Assembly: GCA_964016885.1 (NCBI GenBank)
Contig: OZ024747.1
Span: 11,532,001-11,596,000, forward strand
Reading direction: 5' to 3'
Origin: Eledone cirrhosa
Taxonomy: Eukaryota
DNA length: 64,000 nt
Part shown: positions 27,766 to 39,044 of the stretch, in pieces
Numbering within the stretch: the stretch's first letter is position 1
How the letters are laid out: each line of letters starts with the position of its first letter
Made by a program: the position numbers and the translations under genes
The notes under the pieces: generated by a model
Seen by the model: the letters and a program-made list of their open reading frames with translations, nothing else
What the model was told of the DNA's origin: nothing
Database searches by the model: none

Positions 27766-28675
27766 ATTTTCTTTTTATTTGTCACCAGGGTATCAAAAAG
27801 TGGGACAAGTACAATGGGGGGAGTTTACATAACAAGGTGTCCTCAATAAGGAGGAGGCAATAACAAAGTATAAAAATAAAATAAAATATAACAAAATAAA
27901 TTTTATAACAAAATCCTTAATAGGGAGGAGGCGCCTTGGGGGGTCACACACACCCCCGACAAAAAGTGTGCAACCCTTCTCCTCAGGAGCACAGAGAGGG
28001 GGCGCTCCCTTGATCTTTCATCTTCCTCACCTATAGTCTGATGTAGAGTGAAGGCCCATTCACACGGGCTATTCTCGTCACTTTCACCCATCTTTCATAA
28101 AAACGGCTGGGGTGCAGCACCTCTCTCTCCATCCTGATCCTTCTTCCGAAATGATATCGGAAGAAACGGACCAGTTGTTGGCCAGAGAGAAAGGTGTCTG
28201 ACCTCAGTCCTTTCAGACGCGTCCACCATACAACCTCTTTCGCCATGGCTATTACGCACAGAAACACCGCCTCTCATTCGTTTTTGAAGAGGGGAGGCGG
28301 CTTGATCGTTACAATAGACTCGGTGGTCAACAGGATCGGTCCCACCCTTGACAGCAGTTGTTCGACATAGCCCCACAGATCGGCAATGCCCGAGCAGTGT
28401 ACCAATGCGTGTGCAAAGGTTTCCTCGTCGCTCACGCATCTGGGACATATCTTCTTCGAGGGGTCCCTACCCGGGCGCCTGTGTCTGTAGAGTCTTTTTC
28501 GAATGGGCAGAGCCCCTCGGTAGCACTGCCAGGCCAGGGACTGCTGGAAGTTATCCATGGGTCCCGGGCTGAATGTCCTACAGAACAGGTTGGCCAGTTC
28601 GTCTTCCTCCATGCCTAGGGCTTCTCCGAGGGCGTCGTCGCACCTGCTAACCACTAGCCCTCTATAGAATGACGA
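27766..28675 (-). mobile_element. Tx1/L1-clade LINE 3' fragment, copy 2 (longest)
   Basis: Encodes SLAWQCYRGALP..CPRCVSDEETFAHALVHC..LW; frameshift/stop near 28274; near-identical to copy 1. Confidence 0.8.
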
Positions 28676-28711
28676 GATAGATAATTAGATAGACAGCTAG
28701 GAAGATAGATA

Positions 28712-29194
28712 AATTTCTTTATTAGCCACAAGGGCACAAAAGAAGGGGACAAATACAAATAGGGAGTTTACATACAGGTATATGAAAATAAAACTATTAA
28801 TAAAATAACAAATAGGGGGGAGGCGTTACACAGGGGTTGTACACACCCCGAAAAAATGTACAACCCTCATCTCCAGGAGTGAGTACTCCCTTCCTCTCTT
28901 CCTCTTTTTCCTCAACCTACAGGTTTATATAGAGAGAAGGCCCAACCACTCGGGCCATCTTTGGCCCATTCACCCACCTTTTATAAAATTTGCTGGGGTA
29001 CAGCACCTCTCTCTCCATCCTGATTCTTCTTCCAAAATGATATTTAAAAAAACGAATCAGTTGTTCACCGGAGAGAAAGGTGTCTGACCTCAGCCCTTTT
29101 AACCTCTTTCACCATAGCCATAACACATAGGAAAACCCCCCTCTCCCTCGTTTTTGAAGGAGGGTGGCGGTTTGATCATGACAATGGACTCGGT
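28712..29194 (-). mobile_element. Tx1/L1-clade LINE 3' fragment, copy 3 (internally deleted)
   Basis: Homologous to copies 1 and 2; flanked by GATA/GGTA repeats. Confidence 0.75.
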
Positions 29195-29252
29195 GATAGA
29201 TAGGTAGGTAGATAGATAGATAGACAGATAGCTGGGTAGATAGGATAGATAG

Positions 29253-29286
<34 letters not shown>

Positions 29287-29326
29287 GTAGAGAGAGAATA
29301 TTCACTGTTGGTTTATAGTAACTTAC

Positions 29327-29370
29327 CTGAAAATAAGTCTGACTGTTCCAGTTGAAAATAATCTTCAATA
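29327..29370 (-). CDS. Candidate 44-nt downstream exon of the - strand gene
   Basis: Unique island within microsatellites with acceptor acaccag| and a perfect donor CAG|GTAAGT; open in phase 1 (VLKIIFNWNSQTYFQ) and phase 2 (IEDYFQLEQSDLFS). Confidence 0.4.
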
Positions 29371-29707
29371 CTGGTGTATTGGAATATATATCATACAACA
29401 AAGAAACACACACATATATGGACACACATACACGGACACACATACACGGACACACATACACGCACATACTAAGACATAGGCTCACACAAACCTATACATA
29501 GACACACATGTGTATGTGTGGCAAAGGAAATTTAATAGTTAAACATGATATCTGTGAATATATATACACATACACGCACACACACATATATATATATATA
29601 TATACAGATATACACACACACACATACATATGTATGAATGTATATATATATGTATGTATATATATATACATATATATATTACACACATATATATATACAT
29701 ATACACG

Positions 29708-29739
<32 letters not shown>

Positions 29740-29812
29740 TTACATATATACACATATACACATACATATGTATGTATATATATGTATATATGTATATATG
29801 TATGTATGTGTG

Positions 29813-29873
<61 letters not shown>

Positions 29874-30070
29874 ATATATATATATATATATGTGTGTGTA
29901 TATATATATGTATGTGTGTATATATATATGTATGTGTGTGTATATATATGTATGTGTGTGTATATATATGTATGTGTGTGTATATATATGTATGTGTGTG
30001 TATATATATGTATGTGTGTATATATATATGTATGTGTGTATATATATATGTATGTGTGTATTTATATATG

Positions 30071-30138
<68 letters not shown>

Positions 30139-30569
30139 TAACCTAATATATACATGCTCTGACACCAATACAGCCGATCTGGGAGGCACCACCCCCACCG
30201 TTCCCTGTTATTTTGAATTACTTTATCTTTTGTTTTTAGATTTTCAGATGATTATTGTGGTGTGACATTATATACACACATACATTATATACATACATAT
30301 ATTATATACATACATACATTATGTACATACATAATTATATACATACATTATGTACATACATATATACTCTCATTTAGTTCTGAAATATATACATGTGTGA
30401 TTATATATACATATATATATATTGTATATACATAATCACACACACACATGCACATATTTATATATATGTATCTACATACACATACATACGCACGCATATG
30501 TCCACACACATAATATGGCTAAAGGAAATACCACAGTAAAACACTTTACATACACAGTATATCCTAGTC

Positions 30570-30630
<61 letters not shown>

Positions 30631-30670
30631 TATATTCCTAATGACTTGAATTTTTATTTCATTGTTTTAA

Positions 30671-30727
<57 letters not shown>

Positions 30728-32442
30728 GGACATGATAGGCTTCCTACTTTTATTGCCCCAATAAAACACACCCAGTACACTTTCAAAAGGGGTTGGTGAT
30801 ATGAAGGGCATCCAACAATAGAAAATCTGCCAAATAGAGGGATGGAAGGACTCTTCAACTAAAGCTTTGATGGCGTAAGAGTGACGCATTTACCTGTCAT
30901 TTGAAGTTCAATATAAAAATATATAAAATGATGACTTAATAATAATCACATATGGAGATGGGAAAAAGGCAGGGTGATCATGGCAGAAATGTCTCTGATT
31001 AAATTAATTCCTGATGTTACTGTTGGTCACTACATAGTGAAATATTGGTATATGTTTATATCTTTGTTTATTAACTGTAATACAAGCAGCCAAAATAGGG
31101 TTCCTCCAAAGACCCTTTGGAGGAGTGGCCAAAATGAGGTTCTTCCAAAGGGTCTTTGGAGTAATGTTGCTTGATAGAGTGTGTAACTCGAATATCAGAA
31201 TGTCACTCCAGGTAGAGCCACTACTTCTTAGAATTGAGAGATCAGAGCTCTGATACTATGGCCATGTGGTTAGAATGTCTCAGGAAAGAATTGCTGGATA
31301 GACTTAACATGCAAAACGAATTGGCAGGAAATCCAGAGGTAGACTCTGAACACGATGAGCTTGGCTGGTCTTGCTTGGAGATCCAGCAGGATCAGTTGGA
31401 AATGGTTGCTTCTGACAGGAAAACCTGCCAAAGAAAGGGCCAGTAGGCCACTGCAGTTGTGACAAAGATATTTCAACCTCCCTAATGCTGGTGTCATGAT
31501 AAAATGCACTCAGTGGGGAGTGCAGCAAGGTATGTAAGTGAGATGCAGATCTCTATCTCTTCTCAGATGTCAGTAACTTTGCTTAAATACTGACTCAGTC
31601 TGTGAAGACCACAAGGAAATATAGAAAAATAGTATTTCTCTGACTACACATCTGAGATTTAGGTGTGGGAGCAGAATAAAAAATATTGTGAGTGTGTATG
31701 TATGTATGTGTGTTTGTGTGAGTGTGTGTATGTGTGTGTGTTAGTATGTGAGAATGTGTATATGTATGTTTCTGTGTGTGTGTATGTGTGTGAGAATGTG
31801 TGTATGTGTGTTAGTATGTATGTGTGTGTTAGTGTATGTGTGTGTGAGAATGTGTGTATGTGTGTTAGTGTGTGAGTGTGTGAGTGTGTGTGTGTTAGTG
31901 TATGTGTGTGTGAGAATGTGTGTATGTGTGTTAGTGTGTGTGGGTGTGTGTGTAAGAATGTGTGTATGTGTGTTAGTGTGTGAGTGTGTGTGTGTTAGTG
32001 TATGTGTGTGTGAGAATGTGTGTATGTGTGTTAGTGTGTGAGTGTGTGAGTGTGTGTGTGTGTTAGTGTATGTGTGTGTGAGAATGTGTGTGAGTGTATG
32101 TGCGTGTTAGTGTATGTGTGTGTGAGAATGTGTGTATGTGTGTTAGTGTGTGAGTGTGTGTGTATTTGTTGTTGTTGAAACAGGTTTCGATCAGATTTCT
32201 TAGTGTTAACTGTACACAATAACCTTTCTCTCCAACCCCCTCCCCTATCGCCACCCCCTTACCATCGCCATTCATTGTGATATGTACCTATATGTGTGTG
32301 TGGGAGGGGGTATTGAATGGTGTTGTTGCTGTTATTGTTATTATTTTTAATAGTTGGTATCTGACATAATATTTAATTTAAAGGATCTGAGGCTGAATTC
32401 AGTACATTGATTATTTAGTGGCTGATAACGATCATCATCATC

Positions 32443-32474
<32 letters not shown>

Positions 32475-32566
32475 CATTGTGGCATATCAAAGGTAGATGT
32501 TAAAATATTAGCCATATGACTAGATGACATTCCCCAGACAGTCAGGAAAATGGATGACACCCAACC

Positions 32567-33458
32567 CCCACAGTCTAATGACTGAAACCAGTAAATGTAC
32601 CGTGCTCCAGCATGACCACAGTCTAATGACTGAAACCAGTAAATGTACCGTGCTCCAGCATGACCACAGTCTAATGACTGAAACCAGTAAAAGTACCGTG
32701 CTCCAGCATGACCACAGTCTAATGACTGAAACCAGTAAATGTACAGTGCTCCAGCATGACCACAGTCTAATGACTGAAACCAGTAAATGTACCGTGCTCC
32801 AGCATGACCACAGTCTAATGACTGAAACCAGTAAATGTACCGTGCTCCAGCATGACCACAGTCTAATGACTGAAACCAGTAAATGTACCGTGCTCCAGCA
32901 TGACCACAGTCTAATGACTGAAACCAGTAAATGTACCGTGCTCCAGCATGACCACAGTCTAATGACTGAAACCAGTAAATGTACAGTGCTCCAGCATGAC
33001 CACAGTCTAATGACTGAAACCAGTAAATGTACCGTGCTCCAGCATGACCACAGTCTAATGACTGAAACCAGTAAATGTACAGTGCTCCAGCATGACCACA
33101 GTCTAATGACTGAAACCAGTAAATGTACAGTGCTCCAGCATGACCACAGTCTAATGACTGAAACCAGTAAAAGTACCGTGCTCCAGCATGACCACAGTCT
33201 AATGACTGAAACCAGTAAAAGTACCGTGCTCCAGCATGACCACAGTCTAATGACTGAAACCAGTAAAAGTACCGTGCTCCAGCATGACCACAGTCTAATT
33301 ACTGAAACCAGTAAAAGCATAGTGCCCCAGCATGACCATGGTCTAATGACTAAAACCAGTAAAATAACAATACCCCAGCATGGCCACAGTCTAATGACTG
33401 AAACCACTAAAAGAACAATGCCCCAGCATGGCCACAGTCTAATGACTGAAACCAGTAA
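32567..33458. repeat. 48-bp minisatellite (CCAGCATGACCACAGTCTAATGACTGAAACCAGTAAATGTACCGTGCT), about 18 copies, SINE-tail-like unit
   Basis: Period 48; a single-copy homologue is at about 57947-57990. It lies immediately inside the intron following the 33484 donor. Confidence 0.9.
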
Positions 33459-33483
33459 AGGAATCCAAGATGTTATGACTCAC

Positions 33484-34987
33484 CTATCTTGAGACTTCCA
33501 GTCCAACTGTGTCGTCTGTTTGCCTGTATTGTACTCCGCTGTAATGATATCATCTTATCTATTAACATCTGTCGTTCCTCTTTACTCATTTCTTCCTTTA
33601 TTCTCTGGCCAGGAACTGAGCTACCATCATTTACACTAAAACTCTCCATGTTGAGGATATTACTGCTGCTGTTGTTGTTGTTGTTGGTCTCTTCATCACT
33701 ACTGTTGTTGTTGTTGTTGCTTTTGTCATTGCTGTAGTCAATGTTATTGTCCTTGTTGTTGTTGCTGCTGTCGATCTTGCTCTGTATATTGTTGTTGTTG
33801 CCACCGTTATTGTCATTGCTGTTGTTTCTCAGAACATCGCTGTTGTTGTTGTCACTATTGCAGTCATCTATGTCTTTGCACCTGTTTGCACCAGTTTTGC
33901 TGCACAGTTGAGTGATATTAAGTTGCCCGTCCTTCATTTCATCATTGTCCTCATAACACTCTAACTTACCCTTGTCTGCAACCATTTCAATATCAACAGT
34001 TGCTCTTTCAATTATTATCACAGGCACATCTGTGTCAAGCGCACCATTTCTTATAGCTTCTTTTATGCACATTTGATTTCCTGACAGTGGAACAGATGCA
34101 GAGTAGGGTTTAGTGTTGCTGTATTCAATATCTTGGTCAATAGCTGTTGAGCTGGGTTTAGCACGGTCATATTCTATATCTTGGTCAATAGCTGTTGAGC
34201 TGGGTTTAGCGAGGTCATATTCTAAATCTTGGTCAATAGCAGCTGAGCTGGGTTTAGCAAGGTCATATTCAATATCTTGGTCAATAGCTGTTGAGCTGGG
34301 TTTAGCGAGGTCATATTCAATATCTTGGTCAATAGCTGTTGAGCTGGGTTTAGCAAGGTCATATTCAATATCTTGGTCAATAGCTGTTGAGCTGGGTTTA
34401 GCGAGGTCATATTCTATATCTTGGTCAATAGCAGCTGAGCTGGGTTTATCAAGGTCATATTCTATATGCTGGTCAACAGATGCAGAATAGGGTTTGATGT
34501 TACCATATTTGATATTTTGGTCAACAGTATCGTCACAATAATTCTCTTTTTCAAGATAACCTGTATCAATGATATCGTCCAAGATATCAGGAAGACTTTT
34601 ACTTACTTCTGAATTTCCTCCATCTAAAGAGTTCTCATCTGAGATGTCTTCTGTGTCATCTGAGTAAGCCATATGTTCACCTAAACTTTCTGACTGGGCT
34701 GTAGCCTCTGACAGGCTGTCAAAAACCTCTACAACAGCAAGTTGTTGATCATTGGGTACGGTATCATTACCTGGAGTAACATCCTTGCAGTAAACCATAC
34801 CATTGTTAGTTCCTTCAACACCTACTGAGTAACCATGGGGATCAGACACGGCAGTTTCCATCCCTTCTAGAATATACTGTGTTGTCAACTTTTGTTCAGA
34901 TTCCTGTAGCAAGACGGTCAGTGAGGAATTTGTAGAGACAAAGTCTTCCAGTTTACATTCTATTTCATATTGAAAACAATTTGACAT
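33484..34987 (-). CDS. Large first coding exon of an unidentified acidic/low-complexity protein with 16-aa tandem repeats (about 501 codons, continues via a splice donor)
   Basis: 504-codon open frame in otherwise stop-rich DNA, protein-like D/E/N/S-rich composition, in-frame TAA two codons upstream of the ATG. The frame runs into a consensus donor AG|GTGAGT at 33484/33483. A strong acceptor (ttttctttctttcacag) at 35597-35598 would make 34988-35596 5'UTR. Confidence 0.7.
34090..34530 (-). repeat. Coding 48-bp tandem repeat (QDIEYDLAKPSSTAID), about 9 copies including degenerate edges
   Basis: Visible in the ORF 33473-34987 translation. Confidence 0.9.
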
Positions 34988-35067
34988 ATTTTAGGTTGGA
35001 GTGTAAGATAAGTCTCTGATGTGATTTTAACACCAAATGATATCTGATTCACATGTGAACCTAATGG

Positions 35068-35596
35068 TCAATTGTTGGATATCAGAATTGGTAATTCTTG
35101 GATATTAGAATTGGTAATTGCTGGATATCAGAATTGGTAATTCTTGGATATTAGAATTGGTAATTGCTGGATATCAGAATTGGTAATTCTTGGATATTAG
35201 AATTGGTAATTGTTGGATATTAGAATTGGTAATTCTTGGATATTAGAATTGGTAATTGTTGGATATCAGAATTGATAATGGCTGGATATCAGAATTGGTA
35301 ATTCTTGGATATTAGAATTGGTAATTGTTGGACATCAGAATTGGCAATTTTTGAATATCAGAATTGGTAATTGCTGGTGATCAGAATTGGCAATTCTGTG
35401 AGATCAGAATTATCAATTCTTGGATATCAGAATTGGCATTGGTTGGATATTAAAATTGGAAATTGCTGGAGATCAGAATTGGTAATTGTTGGAGATCAGA
35501 AATGGCAATTCTTGGAGATCAGAATTGGCAATTCTTGGAGATTAGAATTGGCATTGGTTGGATATTAAAATTGGAAATTGCTAGAGATCAGAATCA
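35068..35596. repeat. 23-bp minisatellite (GATATCAGAATTGGTAATTCTTG), about 22 copies
   Basis: Period 23 is visible; lies between the candidate acceptor (35597) and the ATG (34987). Confidence 0.9.
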
Positions 35597-38500
35597 CTGT
35601 GAAAGAAAGAAAAATAAAAACATGATAGGAAGTTCCATGTTTAATTCAAAGATGAAATAAAATACAAATGAATTAAAAAGAATAAATTTATTGTTGATAT
35701 AACTCTAAATTGCTCCAACATACAGGACTATAAAGGCCATGAAAGTATTTATATTTCTCTAAAGACCTTCCATCATAAGTTTATCTAAGAAGCTTTGTTA
35801 AGTTATGTCCCATGAGCTTGGCTGGTCTGACTTGGGGATCCAGCTGGATCAGTTGGAAACAGTTGCTTCTGACAGGACCTGCTGGAAGGAGTGTTTCAGG
35901 ACTTTTCTCCCATGACCCTCTCTGGAATAAGTGGTCGAAGAAGAAGAAAAAGAAGCAGAAGAAGAAGGAGGAGGAGAAGAGGAATCTTTGTTAAGTTATG
36001 TCCCAAACACTATCTTAATTGTTTCTACTATAGGCCAGCGATTTGAAGGGAGGGAAAAGTTGATTAAATCAACTCCAGTGTATTACTGGTACTTTATTTT
36101 ATCGACCCCGTAAGGATGAAAGGCAAAGTTAACCTTGGCAGAATTTGAATTCACACCAACTTAATAATGAGAAAATTTATTATATTTCTAAATTCTTAAT
36201 GACAGTCTTAAGAAATATGGTGATAAAAGAGTGAAGCAAATAATATTTGTGACAAGAAAAACACACAAAAACTTAATTTTGTATAAATGCAATAAAGTAA
36301 TTTTTTACGTATTTTAATAGAGTGTTTTTATATATTTTATATAGTATTATTTTAATGTGTATTTATTATATATGTGTATATGTGCATTATTTTAATGTGT
36401 ATTTATTTTTACTGCAAAAGTGAGTCAGATTTATTTAGAACAATTTCAAATATACAGTTAATGTATGTGGTGTGGTAAATAAATACATACATATACATCA
36501 GGTCTATTGTATATATATATATATATATACACACATAGACACACATTCTCACCAACATACACACACTGTCACCAACACACACTCTCACCAACACACACAC
36601 TCACCAACACACACACACACGCTCACCAACACACACACACGCTCACGAACACACACACCCACTCTCAAGGTAAGCTATTATTCTTAAAAATCAGAAACAT
36701 AAATGTTATTTGTATTATTACTTCTTAGTGTCAGTGACCAGGTCGCAGACGGTGTGACGAACATTTTGCCACCAAAAAATTAATGATAAATATGAAGTAA
36801 AGTTAACAGATTTGTGTTTATTTCTAAATGGTGGAAATGGCTCTTCGACATAGTAATTATCTTACTAATCAACTAATGAGAACTATTGGAAGGAACAACC
36901 ATGTCACTGATATTTCTGTTCGCTTAGGTTTCACATAATGGTTATCCCCCCCCCCCCCATCGCTAATTAATTTTTCAGATTTTTTGTACCACCCCCGCTG
37001 TTATTCCAGCCCTCCCGCTTATTAAATTTTGTTCATCTATCTCCGGTGGAATATTATTTCAAGTGGTAGCATTCCTGCGACAATTAATTTTCTTTAGACA
37101 TTACAAAACATTATACATGACAGAAAAAAAGTACATTACTAGAAATACCATACGTTATAAAATAAATAGGATGGGTTAAGGGTCTCAATATGCAAGCTAA
37201 ATGACTAATTCTGGTTTTTAAAAACATCAACAGAGACAACCTAGAAAAATTACAGATTTTCTGACTCCACCCGCTTGTTGCACTCGCTCCTGTTATATGG
37301 GACCCAAAATATGATATATTACCGAACAATATTCAAGGTGAATAACTCTAATATATTTACATTAGCCTTGATTAACTCCCTTTGAATCTGTCTGGTTTAT
37401 ATGTTTTACAATACATAGAGAGTCACCTCTATGTTTTTGTGGAGACTGCTGAGAAAACTCTTTGGTACATTTCTATAGCTGAGTGAACTGGAGCAAAGTG
37501 AACTTGCTCAAGGACACAATGCATTGCCTGATCCGGGAATCGAACTCACAACCTCATGATTGTGAATCCAACTCTCTAACCACAAAGCTACGTGTCTTCA
37601 CAGTACACACACACACACACACACACAGCCACAACCCATTGTATCTCCAGCTTGGTACCTACTACCTACTACTACTACTACTACTACTACTCTTTCAAAG
37701 CCGTGATGGGTTGTCTTTGATGATAGGATTGTTCAGGATTGACCTAGGGCTAAACAGCAACACTAGCCGTGTCTACATCTTTGATGATAGGTGTGTTGGA
37801 TCAGATCTGACCTAAGGTTAAATAATAACACCTCCAACAACAACAACAATAACAACAACGTGTCGAACATGAAAAGAAGTTTTAATTATTTCATCAACAC
37901 CACAGACACCATCACTGACACCACCACCACCACCACCATCACTGACACCATCACTGACACCACCACCACCACCACCACCACTGACACCATCACCACCACC
38001 ATCACTGACATTATCACTGACACCACCACCACCACCACCACCACCACCACTGACACCACCACCATCACTGACACCACCACCACCACCACCATCACTGACA
38101 CCACCAACACCACCACCACCATCACTGACCCCCCCTACCATCACTGACACCACCACCACTACGACTGACACAGCCACCACTAACACCCCCACCATTGACA
38201 CCACCACCACTACCACTCTCCCCACACCCTGACCTTGTTTACCTTCTCTCTTTCCTAATCTGCCTAAGGTTGGGGGGGGGGGGGTGTCGTTGGTGGTGTC
38301 GGCGGTGGTGGTGGTGGTGTAAGTGGTGGTGTAGGGGGATGGAGGAGGAGACGTCCTTTGTGGTGTTTACTTTGTGAAGTTAGACTTTAATTAAAGTTGA
38401 GGGGTGATGGGGGTGGTGTGGTGGAGGGACAGGACAGTGGGGGGTACCGGAGGGGGAGGACTGGGGGTACTGGAGGGGGAGGACTGGAGGTACTGGAGGA

Positions 38501-39044
38501 GGAGGACTGAGGGTACTGGAGGGGGAGGACTGGGGATACCGGAGGGCATTATTCTGCTGTTTCCACCACTTATTTCTATAGTTTTTAATGTTTGAAAAAA
38601 AAAACAATGTTTTTATCTTCCCCTATTTCTCACCACCACCAACACACAACCATTGACACCACACCAACACCACCACCAATACATAACCATTAAGTTTGGG
38701 GGCAGCTCATGCACAAAATAATTAGAATACACAGCAAACCCCCCAATTTTACATATCAAAGTTAGTTTGGCGCAAGTAATTGAATTCAAAAGTTATACAT
38801 ACAGGTATTAAAATAAAAAATTGCAACCATCCTAAAACTAAAAAGCCCAGCTGAGGGCACAAATAAATTGCTACTGCCGTATTGGGTGTGACCCCCACTG
38901 CAGAGGGCTCGTGACAATTGTCACCTTTTGCTCCTAACAGACAGAATTATTAAGTTCTCCAAGAGAGAAGACTGAGAATTTGGTGGTTTTGTAGCCATAA
39001 TATCTTGATTTAGAAAGTTTACAGGTCAAGGACAAATTTAAATA

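Noticed and set aside
32520-33492. 295-aa and 322-aa repeat ORFs on both strands
   Set aside because: Stop-free 48-bp minisatellite of SINE-tail-like origin located just inside an intron; being open on both strands is a by-product of the unit length.
36920-37315. DNA-transposon/MITE-like segment with CCCCCGCT-TATT motifs
   Set aside because: Termini are too degenerate to define TIRs or a TSD by eye.
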